From contig CAZUST010000003.1 in assembly GCA_964623335.1 (NCBI GenBank), positions 869-64,868 of the forward strand: a stretch of DNA of 64,000 nt, read 5' to 3'. This DNA comes from an uncultured Candidatus Saccharibacteria bacterium (GTDB lineage Bacteria > Patescibacteriota > Minisyncoccia > Minisyncoccales > UBA5738). The position numbers and the translations under genes were made by a program. Below, piece after piece: positions 17,816 to 26,600 of this stretch (position 1 is its first letter; every line of letters begins with the position of its first letter). The notes beneath the pieces were generated by a model, which made no database searches, was not told the DNA's origin, and saw only the letters and a list, made by a program, of their open reading frames with translations.

Positions 17816-18421
17816 ATGGGAAGGTATTACTTTTCAACCAAAACCGAGGCGGATAATCTTAAAAAAATAGATATAAGCTGGCTGAAACACCAAGGTCTTT
17901 TGCAAGGATGGCATTCAAGCACAATATCGTGGACCAATGGCTTTACGGGCGATAAAAGCAGTGTTGGAATTGAGATTTCCGTTTTAAGCAAGGAACGATA
18001 TGCTCGCATCCACTATACCCAAACGGGACAGAACGAAGAAAAGCGGTATTTTGATTACCGCATACCCATTACCTCAACTCCCTGCAATTATGGCGGAGAA
18101 AGATATTGGTTCACCTGTCCGTGGTATAAAAATGGTAACTACTGCGGACAGCGCGTAAGAACACTATACAAAGCTGGTGATTATTTCGCCTGCCGCCATT
18201 GTTATAACCTAACCTATAGCGACCGAAACGCTAACCGCCGCTATCGGATGTTACCCCTGTTCAATACTTTGCTCGTTGAAAAGAAAATTGATGAACTACA
18301 AAACAAGATTAAAAAGCCGTTTTATGCGGGGAAACCGACAAAAAAACGGCTAAGGCTGGAAAAGCTCTATCGGCAAGCAACGACCAGCTACTCTCGCCTA
18401 AAAGAAGAAAAATTGATATAA
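17816..18421 (+). CDS. Hypothetical Cys-rich (zinc-finger-like) protein
   Basis: CNYGG...CPWYKNGNYCG...CRHC cysteine clusters. Confidence 0.4.
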   Translation: MGRYYFSTKTEADNLKKIDISWLKHQGLLQGWHSSTISWTNGFTGDKSSVGIEISVLSKERYARIHYTQTGQNEEKRYFDYRIPITSTPCNYGGERYWFTCPWYKNGNYCGQRVRTLYKAGDYFACRHCYNLTYSDRNANRRYRMLPLFNTLLVEKKIDELQNKIKKPFYAGKPTKKRLRLEKLYRQATTSYSRLKEEKLI

Positions 18422-18524
18422 TGACCTTGTTGTCCCACTCATTTATAAAACGAGGAGTTTTTATATACCTCGTTGCCCTAAAGGGGCGGTCTGCCAATGA
18501 GGCTTACTCTTCGGATTAAGTGAG

Positions 18525-20174
18525 TTGGGACAACCAGACCGTCCCTTTTGGTATATGAACACACCAACCAATAAAAAAATCACATATTTCCTTTACGCCC
18601 GTAAATCCTCGGAAAGCGAGGACAGGCAAGTTCAGTCCATTGAGGACCAAGTAAACCGCCTTAAGGAGTTGGCCCGTAGTTTTAATATTGAAATAAAGGA
18701 AATTCTCACAGAGGCTAAATCCGCAAAAAAACCTAATTTCCGCCCCGTTTTCAGCGATATGTTGAAGCGTATTGAAAAGGGCGAAGCCAATGGCATTTTA
18801 TGCTGGCAAATTAATCGCCTTTCCCGTAACCCCGTTGATAGCGGGACCTTGAGCTGGATGCTTCAACAAGGCGTTTTGCAGTGTATACAAACCATAGACC
18901 GCAAATATCTACCAGACGATAATGTTTTGCTTTTCAGCGTTGAAAGCGGAATGGCTAATCAATTTATCATAGACCTGCGCAAAAACAGCCGAAGAGGTAT
19001 GGAAGGCAAAGCACAACGAGGTTGGCTCCCAAGTCAAGCACGCGTGGGTTATCAAAATGACTTGCTTCAACATACCATCGTCAAAGACCCTGAACGATTT
19101 GATTTGGTTCGCAAGATGTGGGATTTGATGCTTACGGGTAATTACACTCCGCCACAAATAAGAAGAATAGCTAACAACGAATGGGGCTTCAGGACCAAAA
19201 AACGCAAAAGGAAGGGTGGAGATGAGATTTCAAATGCCGCGATTTATAAGCTGTTCACTAACCTTTTTTATACGGGAATGTTTGAATGGGCGGGAGTAAC
19301 TTACCAAGGCAATCACCCGCCGATGATTACGCTGGAAGAGTATGACAGAGTTCAGGTCATCCTTGGCAAAAGAGGTAAACCGAGGGCTAAAAACCACGAG
19401 TTTGCATACACTGGTATCATTTATTGCAAGGATTGCGGGTCAATGTATACCGCTTGTGAAAAAACTAAAATAGTGAAAAGCACTGGGGGGTTAAAAACCT
19501 ATGTTTATTATTTTTGCACAAAAAAGAAACGTGGCGTTAAATGCCTCCACGCTAAACCTGTAAGGCTTGAAGACCTTGAAGAGCAAATTGAGGCAGAGAT
19601 TGAAAAATATACAATTTTACCAGAGTTCCGACAATGGGCTTTGGATATTTTGGCAAAACAAAACAATACCGAAATTAACGACCGAGCTAAGGTTTATGAA
19701 ATGCAACACGCCTCTTTTACGGAAACCCAAAAAGAGCTGGATAACCTAACCCGTATGCGTTACAAAGATATGATTGATGACGAAACCTTTGTCAAAGAAA
19801 GCAACATCTTGAAAGATAAAATTGCGAAAATCAAGGATGCTTTAAGGCAAACAGAGACCCGTGCCGAAAAATGGCTTGAGCTTACCGAAAAAACATTCCA
19901 TTTCGCCACTTATGCCCGCTCCGCCTTCTTAAATGGCAACTCAAGGCAGAAACGGGAGATACTCACCGCTCTTGGCTGGAACTTTTCAATAAAAGACAAA
20001 AAACTGCTTATAGAGCCTAACGAATGGCTTGTCCCGATAGCAAAAGCCTATCCTGCGCTTGAAAGCGAATATAGGCGGCTGGAACTAACTAAAAACCTCA
20101 CTTTTGAAGCTAAAAATGAGGCTTTAGTCGCAATAAACGCTCAATGGCGGGCCAGACGGGATTTGAACCCGTAA
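18525..20174 (+). CDS. Large serine recombinase (integrase)
   Basis: Resolvase-type N-terminus YARKSSESEDRQVQSIEDQ carries the catalytic Ser. A recombinase domain and a Cys zinc ribbon (CKDCG...C..C) follow. The stop lies inside tRNA-Asp. Confidence 0.8.
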   Translation: MGQPDRPFWYMNTPTNKKITYFLYARKSSESEDRQVQSIEDQVNRLKELARSFNIEIKEILTEAKSAKKPNFRPVFSDMLKRIEKGEANGILCWQINRLSRNPVDSGTLSWMLQQGVLQCIQTIDRKYLPDDNVLLFSVESGMANQFIIDLRKNSRRGMEGKAQRGWLPSQARVGYQNDLLQHTIVKDPERFDLVRKMWDLMLTGNYTPPQIRRIANNEWGFRTKKRKRKGGDEISNAAIYKLFTNLFYTGMFEWAGVTYQGNHPPMITLEEYDRVQVILGKRGKPRAKNHEFAYTGIIYCKDCGSMYTACEKTKIVKSTGGLKTYVYYFCTKKKRGVKCLHAKPVRLEDLEEQIEAEIEKYTILPEFRQWALDILAKQNNTEINDRAKVYEMQHASFTETQKELDNLTRMRYKDMIDDETFVKESNILKDKIAKIKDALRQTETRAEKWLELTEKTFHFATYARSAFLNGNSRQKREILTALGWNFSIKDKKLLIEPNEWLVPIAKAYPALESEYRRLELTKNLTFEAKNEALVAINAQWRARRDLNP

Positions 20175-20222
20175 TCTCCTCCGTGACAGGGAGGCGTGAT
20201 AACCAGGTTACACTACTAGCCC
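20145..20222 (-). tRNA. tRNA-Asp (anticodon GTC), CCA encoded
   Basis: Minus-strand sequence GGGCTAGTAGTGTAACCTGGTTATCACGCCTCCCTGTCACGGAGGAGATTACGGGTTCAAATCCCGTCTGGCCCGCCA folds as a cloverleaf. The anticodon loop CTGTCAC gives anticodon GTC. Confidence 0.8.
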
Positions 20223-20280
20223 AATCTTTGCGAAACATTACCAAGCTATCAGATAAATTAAAATTAATCAACCGGCTCGG

Positions 20281-20352
20281 TGCCGACGGCTGGATTCGAA
20301 CCAGCGACCTCGGCCTTATGAAGACCTCGCTCTGCCACTGAGCTACGCCGGC
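20281..20352 (-). tRNA. tRNA-Met (anticodon CAT; could be tRNA-Ile-lysidine)
   Basis: Minus-strand sequence GCCGGCGTAGCTCAGTGGCAGAGCGAGGTCTTCATAAGGCCGAGGTCGCTGGTTCGAATCCAGCCGTCGGCA has the T-loop TTCGAAT and the anticodon loop TTCATAA. Confidence 0.7.
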
Positions 20353-20439
20353 GATAAGATAAATAGTTTATCAGCCAATGAGTGATGAGTAAATGAGAAA
20401 ATGCAAATCAACGGATCGATGCAACAAACTACTGCGCGC

Positions 20440-20545
20440 CCAAGACGGCGCGATATTTCCGCGGAAAAGTTTATTAATCCTTTGCTTCGCTACGGACGGA
20501 CATTTATCCCGATGCAGAGCATCAGGGTATTCTGCCAGATTAATA
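20440..20545. repeat. Inverted-orientation diverged copy of the GC-hairpin repeat family
   Basis: CCGCGGAAAAGTTTATTAATCCT ... GGGTATTCTGCCAGATTAATAAA matches the reverse complement of the unit flank and core seen at 29.7, 31.0 and 43.8 kb, and the element at 61.8 kb. Confidence 0.5.
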
Positions 20546-20706
20546 AAAAACTTCCCCGCGTTTTATTTGCCATAGCTTACATGCTATCCTTGTCGCGGGG
20601 CCTGGAATTGCACCAGGGCCTCCAGCTTATGAGACTGGTGAGATACTACTTCTCTACCCCGCAATAACGACACGATATCTCGAACTTTTTTATTCTATCC
20701 CATTAT

Positions 20707-20738
20707 TTGACTTTCGTCAACGAAAAGTATTGTACAAT
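20707..20738 (+). promoter_or_regulatory. Candidate sigma70 promoter (TTGACT ... extended -10 TGTACAAT) with no ORF downstream
   Basis: TTGACT at 20707-20712 and TGTACAAT at 20731-20738. The spacing is suboptimal at about 20 bp, but the extended -10 is strong. The downstream sequence is the structured 20871-21003 element. Confidence 0.3.
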
Positions 20739-20870
20739 GCAAGTATTTGGTAACGGAATTTAGTAACCGCTCACCGGGGAGCAAAAAACGGATTTGTTGA
20801 GGTTTGATTTCATCTTTAAGAAGTCAATCTTCAACAAATCCGCGGCGGTAAAATGGGACACAAATCCGTA

Positions 20871-21003
20871 AAAAATATTTCCCGAATGGGTTTCGATATC
20901 GCGGGATGTTAACCCCCCCGAACCGGCCAAAGGAACACCCCCTTGAAATCATCGACATCCGCAACCCCGAAGCAAAATATCGGAGAATTACGGATTTTGA
21001 AGC
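20871..21003 (+). ncRNA. Copy a of the 'AT-box plus three-hairpin' structured element (candidate ncRNA or structured intergenic repeat)
   Basis: Homologous to the copies at 25171, 31205 and 35381, with the same AAAAATATTTCC..ATG box followed by three hairpins. It lies downstream of the candidate promoter and contains no ORF. Confidence 0.45.
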
Positions 21004-21241
21004 CAAACTTCCGCGAATACGCCAAAGATTGACTTAAAAACCCGGTCCCGGTGAGTGATTATTAAATTTGCCGTATAAAAACCGGCCGCTGAAAAAACGT
21101 GATCCTCTGAAAATACAAGTTGCCAAGGTGAAACCTCGCCGATCACATCAAGATTACCCCTTTAAAAATCCGGCACGTTTATTTTAACTGCCGGAATACC
21201 TCGGAGATCATCGATCCGCATATGAATCGTCCGGCAATAGT

Positions 21242-21760
21242 TTATTTATCGGTAAAGGCGTTGTTATCTTTCAGCCCCTGCTCAAAAGCAAGGATCGCGA
21301 TCTTGGCACTCTCGTAATCAAGGCTGTAGCTGGGATCGTTGACGATATCCTGGTAAAGCTGATCTGCCCGGATCATCGCCTTGATATCAGAAAACGAATG
21401 AGGGCGTTTCTCAAGTTTTTCGGCAAGGATCCGGCCTTCGAAATTGGCGCGCGTCAAAACATCGTTAACCAAAAGATCGGCTTCAATTACCGCCAGTTTG
21501 TATTCCGATTCTTTTTTCTTCAGCAGGCGTTTCTTGATCTTAACCCAATCCTTGTCAATCACCCGCGTCATATAGCTCCGGTAGGTAAGAAATTCTTTCA
21601 AGTCCCAGACCCAGAGGCGGCGCAGGTAGATGGTGGTGCACCAGACATAGACCATAAACGCAAAAACCCCCATGCAAAACAGGATAAAGAAAATTTTGGC
21701 CGCCAGCAGGACGCCAGTCATGGGCGGAAAGAGAATTTCGTTGAGTTGTTCAAAATCCAT
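21242..21760 (-). CDS. Hypothetical membrane protein
   Basis: Two N-terminal TM helices followed by a charged C-terminal domain. Confidence 0.5.
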   Translation of the reverse strand: MDFEQLNEILFPPMTGVLLAAKIFFILFCMGVFAFMVYVWCTTIYLRRLWVWDLKEFLTYRSYMTRVIDKDWVKIKKRLLKKKESEYKLAVIEADLLVNDVLTRANFEGRILAEKLEKRPHSFSDIKAMIRADQLYQDIVNDPSYSLDYESAKIAILAFEQGLKDNNAFTDK

Positions 21761-21801
21761 ATACGATATGGAATGAAAGCGGGCGGAACCGCCCGCGGAA
21801 A

Positions 21802-23220
21802 TTACTTTTGAGAAAGCTTTTCGCCAATCGCAAACAGCCGGGATTCGTCGAAATGCTTGCCGAGGATCTGCAAACCCACCGGCAAACCGTTAATATCGCC
21901 CGCAGGCAGAGCCAGCGAAGGCACCCCCGCAAGATTAATCGAAATCGTGAAGATATCAGAAAGGTACATTTGCAAAGGATCATCCATTTTTTCGCCGATC
22001 TTAAACGCGGGCGTGGGCGAGACCGGAGCAATAATCGCGTCAACATCCTCCAAAGCTTTGTCGAAATCGCGTTTGATCAAAGTGCGGACCTTCTGGGCGC
22101 GCACGTAATACGCGTCGTAATAACCCGCCGACAGCACATAAGTTCCCAGCATGACGCGGCGGCGCACTTCCGGGCCAAAGCCCCGGCCACGGCTTTCCAG
22201 ATAAATATGTTCGATATCTTTGGCATCCGGAGACGTGTAGCCGAAACGAATACCGTCGTATCTGGCAAGGTTGGCGCTTGCCTCGGAAGTGGCAATAATA
22301 TAATAGCAAGCCAGGGCATATTCGGTATGCGGCAGGGATATTTCAACCACTTCGTTGCCGAGTTTTTCGAATTCTGCCAATTTTTTGCGGATAATCGATT
22401 CCACCCGCGGATCCATGCCTTTGATGAAATATTCCTTCGGTATCCCGACGCGGTATTTTTGCCGGGGAGAAAAATCAAGCGAAGCGTCGGTTGAGGTGCT
22501 GTCCATTTCATCCCGGCCGCGAATTGCGTCAAATACGGTCTTGGCATCCTCAACGGATTTGGCCAAAGGACCGATTTGGTCCAGAGATGAAGCATACGCC
22601 GCACAGCCATAGCGCGAAACTGCGCCGTAAGTGGGTTTTAAACCCACCACGCCGCAGAATGACGCCGGCTGGCGAATGGAACCGCCGGTATCCGAACCCA
22701 GCGCGGCCACCGCCAAATTGGCGGCCACCGCCGCCGCCGAGCCGCCGGAAGATCCCCCGGGAACGCGCTCGGGATCGCGCGGATTACGCGTCACGCCAAA
22801 GGCCGAAGTCTCGGTGGAGCTGCCCATGGCGAATTCGTCCATGTTGGTCTTGCCCAAAATGACCGCGCCTTGTTCTTTAATTTTTTGGATGACCGTGGCA
22901 TCGTAAGGAGCGATATAGTTTTCCAAAATTTTAGACGCGGAAGTGCATTTCAATCCGTCAACCAAGATATTGTCCTTGATGGCCATCGGAATACCGCACA
23001 GCGCGGGGATATTCTCCCCTTTGGCAATCCGTTCGTCGGCCGCTCTGGCCCCGGCGAGCGCCAAATCCCGCGCAACCGTCAAATAGGCGAAAAATTTATC
23101 GTTTTCTTTTTCGATCTTATCCAAGTAAGCCCGGGCCAATTCGACCGCCGAAAATTTCTTTTGAGACAAGCCTTGGCGGGCTTCTTTAATTGTCAGGTCG
23201 TTCAATTCCATAATCAACAA
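21802..23220 (-). CDS. gatA: Glutamyl-tRNA(Gln) amidotransferase subunit A
   Basis: Amidase signature GGSSGGSAAAVA with Ser-cisSer-Lys context. The gene lies next to gatC. Confidence 0.9.
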   Translation of the reverse strand: MLIMELNDLTIKEARQGLSQKKFSAVELARAYLDKIEKENDKFFAYLTVARDLALAGARAADERIAKGENIPALCGIPMAIKDNILVDGLKCTSASKILENYIAPYDATVIQKIKEQGAVILGKTNMDEFAMGSSTETSAFGVTRNPRDPERVPGGSSGGSAAAVAANLAVAALGSDTGGSIRQPASFCGVVGLKPTYGAVSRYGCAAYASSLDQIGPLAKSVEDAKTVFDAIRGRDEMDSTSTDASLDFSPRQKYRVGIPKEYFIKGMDPRVESIIRKKLAEFEKLGNEVVEISLPHTEYALACYYIIATSEASANLARYDGIRFGYTSPDAKDIEHIYLESRGRGFGPEVRRRVMLGTYVLSAGYYDAYYVRAQKVRTLIKRDFDKALEDVDAIIAPVSPTPAFKIGEKMDDPLQMYLSDIFTISINLAGVPSLALPAGDINGLPVGLQILGKHFDESRLFAIGEKLSQK

Positions 23221-23221
23221 G

Positions 23222-23518
23222 TTAAAAAATGGATTTTACTTTGAGATAGCCGTCCTTGGTTTGCGGCATCTGGGAGCGCAGTTTTTCCAAACTTTCGGGA
23301 GTGCGCGGCGCCGCATTATCGGCCCGACCGACATTCGAAATATCGATTGAGTGCGCGAACGGTTTTATTCCTTCGATATCCGCTTCCTGAAGTTTTTCGA
23401 TATAACCCAAAATCGCCGAAAGATCCTTTTGGTATTTTTCAATCTCGCTGTCCGACAATCCCAGCCGCGCCAGCTTGGCAATATGTTGCGTTTCCTCTTT
23501 TGATAACATTAAATGCAA
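23222..23518 (-). CDS. gatC: Asp/Glu-tRNA amidotransferase subunit C
   Basis: LSKEETQHIAKLARLGLSDSEIEKYQKDLSAILGYIEKLQE is a typical GatC sequence. Confidence 0.85.
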   Translation of the reverse strand: MHLMLSKEETQHIAKLARLGLSDSEIEKYQKDLSAILGYIEKLQEADIEGIKPFAHSIDISNVGRADNAAPRTPESLEKLRSQMPQTKDGYLKVKSIF

Positions 23519-23719
23519 TTTTTTGATTATTAAAAATTAATTTTTAATATTTTAATTTCCAAATCAAACCCATAATGATCAATTCTTGGCAAACCAATGC
23601 CGCTTTAACCATTTTGATCCATTTTGACATTTGATATTTGGATTTTGACATTTTCAGCATATCCCATTTTTCCCCTCTTGTTAACCTTGACGAAATAAAA
23701 AAGTATGTTAATTTAAGCG

Positions 23720-23881
23720 TATGGAAAAATGCCCCGGGTGCAACGGAACGGGATTTGTCACTTATCCCGTTGATCAAAGCCACGATGTAACTCACCCCTG
23801 TTCCTCTTGCAGGGGAAGCGGAAAAATTGGGAAACAGAGAAATCTTAACCCAGATAATGAGATCGTGAGGTACGTTTACTA
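23720..23881 (+). CDS. Small DnaJ-type zinc-finger protein (53 aa), below the ORF-track size cutoff
   Basis: MEKCPGCNGTGFVTYPVDQSHDVTHPCSSCRGSGKIG contains two CxxCxGxG motifs. A hairpin plus T-rich terminator follows it. Confidence 0.35.
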
Positions 23882-23885
23882 ATAT

Positions 23886-23916
23886 TTTTCCTTCCTTTTT
23901 TTTCAACGCCGCCCCG
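23886..23916 (+). terminator. Rho-independent terminator
   Basis: CGCCCCGCAttttGCGGGGCG followed by TTTGATAT. Confidence 0.5.
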
Positions 23917-24027
23917 CATTTTGCGGGGCGTTTGATATAAATTAAAATGCAGTTTGCCGAGGTCGCGCCCCTGCTCCGCCAAAGCTCCGCAAGGGAACGA
24001 CCTTAAATACAAATACGAATGCAAAAA

Positions 24028-25158
24028 CTATTTTGGGGGTTCCAACTCTTTTGTTTCAATTAACACTTCGCGAAGTTTGTCCAGATTTTCCAATACCATG
24101 CCCGCGCCGCGGACAACCGAAGTTTTCGGATCTTCCACGGTTTTGACAGGCATACGAGTCTCTTTGGCGATAAGTTCATCCAAGCCGCGCAACTGGCTGC
24201 CGCCGCCGCACAGATAAATCCCGTTGTGCATAATATCGGCAATCAGTTCCGGCGGAGTTTCTTCGATAGCCATTTTGATCTCGTTAACGATCTGCCGCAC
24301 CGATTTGTCGATGGCGCGGCGGATCTCGTCTTCGGAAATAACGACCTCTTCGGGCAGGCCCGTCACCAGATTACGGCCGCGCATCTTGAAGTCGCGTTTA
24401 ACCGGTTTTTCCTTTTCCTTTTCCTTGTCCTTGTCTTTGTCTTTTTTGCCGCCCGCAACAACGATTTTGGCGTTGTCCGACGAATAAGCCAAACCGATAC
24501 CGATTTTAATGTTTTCGGCCATGCGCTCGCCGATCAAAAGCTTGTATTCCTCCTGCACGAACTGCATGATATCTTCGCAAAGTTTGTCGCCGGCCACGCG
24601 CAGGCTTTTGCCGAACACAATGCCACCCAGCGAAATGACCGCGATCTCGGTCGTACCGCCGCCCAAGTCAACCACAAAACTGCCCTGCGCTTCCTGTACC
24701 GGCAGACGAATACCGATGGCCGAGGCCATCGGTTCTTCGATCAGATAAACTTCGCGCGCGCCGGCGGATTTGCCCGCGTCGATAACGGCTTTCTTTTCCA
24801 CTTCGGTAACCCCAACCGGTACGCCCACGATCACCCGCGGCCGCAGGTTAAAAAGCAAACGGCGCTTACGGGCCTTTTCGATGAAATAGCGGAACATTTG
24901 TTCTGTAACTTCAAAATCCGAAATGACGCCGTGGCGCATGGGGCGCACGGCGACAATATGGGACGGCGTACGCCCTACCATTTTTTTGGCTTCTTCGCCT
25001 ACAGCCAAAATCTGGCCGGTTTTTTGGTTGACTGCCACCACCGACGGCTCAAACATCACGATCCCCCGCCCCTGCACGTAAACCACCGAATTGGCAGTGC
25101 CAAGATCGATGGCCATATCTTCCGAAAAAAGTTTGGTGAATTTTTGCCAGAAGTTCAT
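24028..25158 (-). CDS. mreB: Rod-shape-determining actin homolog MreB (paralog 1, with a Lys/Asp/Glu-rich insertion)
   Basis: IDLGTANSVVYV, the D-x-G phosphate loops and VDLGGGTTEIAVIS are present. There is an unusual KKDKDKDKEKEKEK insertion. Confidence 0.85.
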   Translation of the reverse strand: MNFWQKFTKLFSEDMAIDLGTANSVVYVQGRGIVMFEPSVVAVNQKTGQILAVGEEAKKMVGRTPSHIVAVRPMRHGVISDFEVTEQMFRYFIEKARKRRLLFNLRPRVIVGVPVGVTEVEKKAVIDAGKSAGAREVYLIEEPMASAIGIRLPVQEAQGSFVVDLGGGTTEIAVISLGGIVFGKSLRVAGDKLCEDIMQFVQEEYKLLIGERMAENIKIGIGLAYSSDNAKIVVAGGKKDKDKDKEKEKEKPVKRDFKMRGRNLVTGLPEEVVISEDEIRRAIDKSVRQIVNEIKMAIEETPPELIADIMHNGIYLCGGGSQLRGLDELIAKETRMPVKTVEDPKTSVVRGAGMVLENLDKLREVLIETKELEPPK

Positions 25159-25170
25159 TTTTATTCCGTA

Positions 25171-25305
25171 AAAAATATATTTCCAAAATGTGTTTCAATA
25201 CCGCGGGGCGTTAACCCCGCGAATCAGCCGAAGGAGCGCCTCCTTGGAAATCCTCGAAATCCGCAATCTTGAGGCAAAACCTCAAGGAATTGCGGATTCT
25301 AAAAG
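25171..25305 (+). repeat. Copy b of the 'AT-box plus three-hairpin' structured element
   Basis: Box AAAAATATATTTCCAAAATGTGTTTC, then hairpins CCGCGGGGcgttaaCCCCGCG, AAGGAGcgcCTCCTT and ATCCGCAATcTTGAGGcaaaaCCTCAAggaATTGCGGAT. It starts 13 nt from the mreB start codon. Confidence 0.6.
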
Positions 25306-26600
25306 TTGTAATCGGCCACTTCGCCTATTTTTATCAGTAAGGCATCTTTGGAGCCGCGGCGCTTTATCTCAACACCGTCCTTTTCGAGCGTTTTGGCGCT
25401 GACCACAACCCGGAAAGGTATTCCCAATAAATCGGCATCGTTAAATTTCTCGCCCGCCGACATTTGCGCTCTATCGTCGTATAGTACTTCTATTTGTTTG
25501 TTTTGTAAATCAAAATAAATTTTATCGGCGGCGGCGGCGATCCGGACGCTGGTTTCGCTGTCTTTGGCCTGAAGCGCCAACAAATGCACCTTGAACGGCG
25601 CGATCTCGTCGGGCCAAACAATGCCATGGTCGTCGCGATGGATCTCGGCGACAGTTCCCATGATCCGGGTCAAGCCGATACCGTAGCAATTCATCAACAC
25701 CGGCAGGCTTTGTCCTTCCGGACCGACGGCGGTGAAATTGAACGCCGCGCTGTACTTAGTCCCCAACTTGAAGATGTTGCCGACTTCGATGGATTTTTTT
25801 TCGTTGAAACTGGCGCTGCCGCATTCCGGACACGCGGGATACTCGGATTTTATTTCGCGATTGATGGCCAAGCCGCATTTGTCACAGATATAAACGGTAT
25901 CTTCGCCGGCGTCGGTAATGGTTTGGAATTCGTGCGAAAATTTGGAAAAAGTCCCGCCGCTGGCCAGCGCGACGCAGGTCAACCGGGCCAGGCCGGTTTT
26001 TTTATAGATGGAAAAATACGCTTCCTTCACTTTTTCGTAGAATTCGTCGCAGTCTTTGGAATCGACATGAAACGAGTAAAGATCCTTCATCATAAATTCC
26101 CGGCCGCGCAGTAAACCGGATTTGGCGCGCAGTTCATCGCGGAATTTCGTTTGGATCTGGTAAATCGAAAACGGAAAATCTTTGTAAGAAAACGCGAATC
26201 TTCGCGCCAAGGGAGTGACAATTTCTTCATGGGTCGCACCCAAAGCATACTCGGCTTCCTGCCGACTTTTAACTTTATACAAGACATCTAATCCCGACCA
26301 GCGGCCGGTGGTTTCCCAATTGGCCTTGGGGGTGAGCGCGGGCATCAAAACGCGCTGGGCGCCCAGAGCGTCCATTTCCCGGGCGATGATGTTCTCAATA
26401 TTTTTAAGCACGCGAAAGCCCATCGGCAGCATCGTGTAAATGCCGGCGGAAAGTTTGTCGACAAAACCGCCGCGCAGCAAATACTGCGCGCCGGGACTGG
26501 ATTCTTGAGTCGAAATATCTTTTTGTGTCCGGGTAAAAAGTTTCGATTGCCGCATATTTTTATCAAAGTAATCGTCTGATATCCTGGAAGGTAACCACAA
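25299..26600 (-). CDS. proS: Prolyl-tRNA synthetase (short bacterial form)
   Basis: Class II aaRS motifs, with a ProRS-like N-terminus (SQLFTRTQKD...YLLRGGF) and an anticodon-binding C-terminus. Confidence 0.85.
   Translation of the reverse strand: MWLPSRISDDYFDKNMRQSKLFTRTQKDISTQESSPGAQYLLRGGFVDKLSAGIYTMLPMGFRVLKNIENIIAREMDALGAQRVLMPALTPKANWETTGRWSGLDVLYKVKSRQEAEYALGATHEEIVTPLARRFAFSYKDFPFSIYQIQTKFRDELRAKSGLLRGREFMMKDLYSFHVDSKDCDEFYEKVKEAYFSIYKKTGLARLTCVALASGGTFSKFSHEFQTITDAGEDTVYICDKCGLAINREIKSEYPACPECGSASFNEKKSIEVGNIFKLGTKYSAAFNFTAVGPEGQSLPVLMNCYGIGLTRIMGTVAEIHRDDHGIVWPDEIAPFKVHLLALQAKDSETSVRIAAAADKIYFDLQNKQIEVLYDDRAQMSAGEKFNDADLLGIPFRVVVSAKTLEKDGVEIKRRGSKDALLIKIGEVADYNF

Noticed and set aside
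20393-20667. Small ORFs in the 900-nt gene-free region next to the tRNAs
   Set aside because: The region is made up of recognisable repeat-family segments plus a promoter-like sequence. The ORFs are short, overlapping and without motifs. The region is more likely non-coding RNA or repeat DNA.
23544-23906. 120-aa minus-strand ORF from the track
   Set aside because: It has no recognisable motifs. It overlaps a well-formed plus-strand zinc-finger ORF and its terminator hairpin, and its composition is atypical. It is probably a spurious ORF in an intergenic region.
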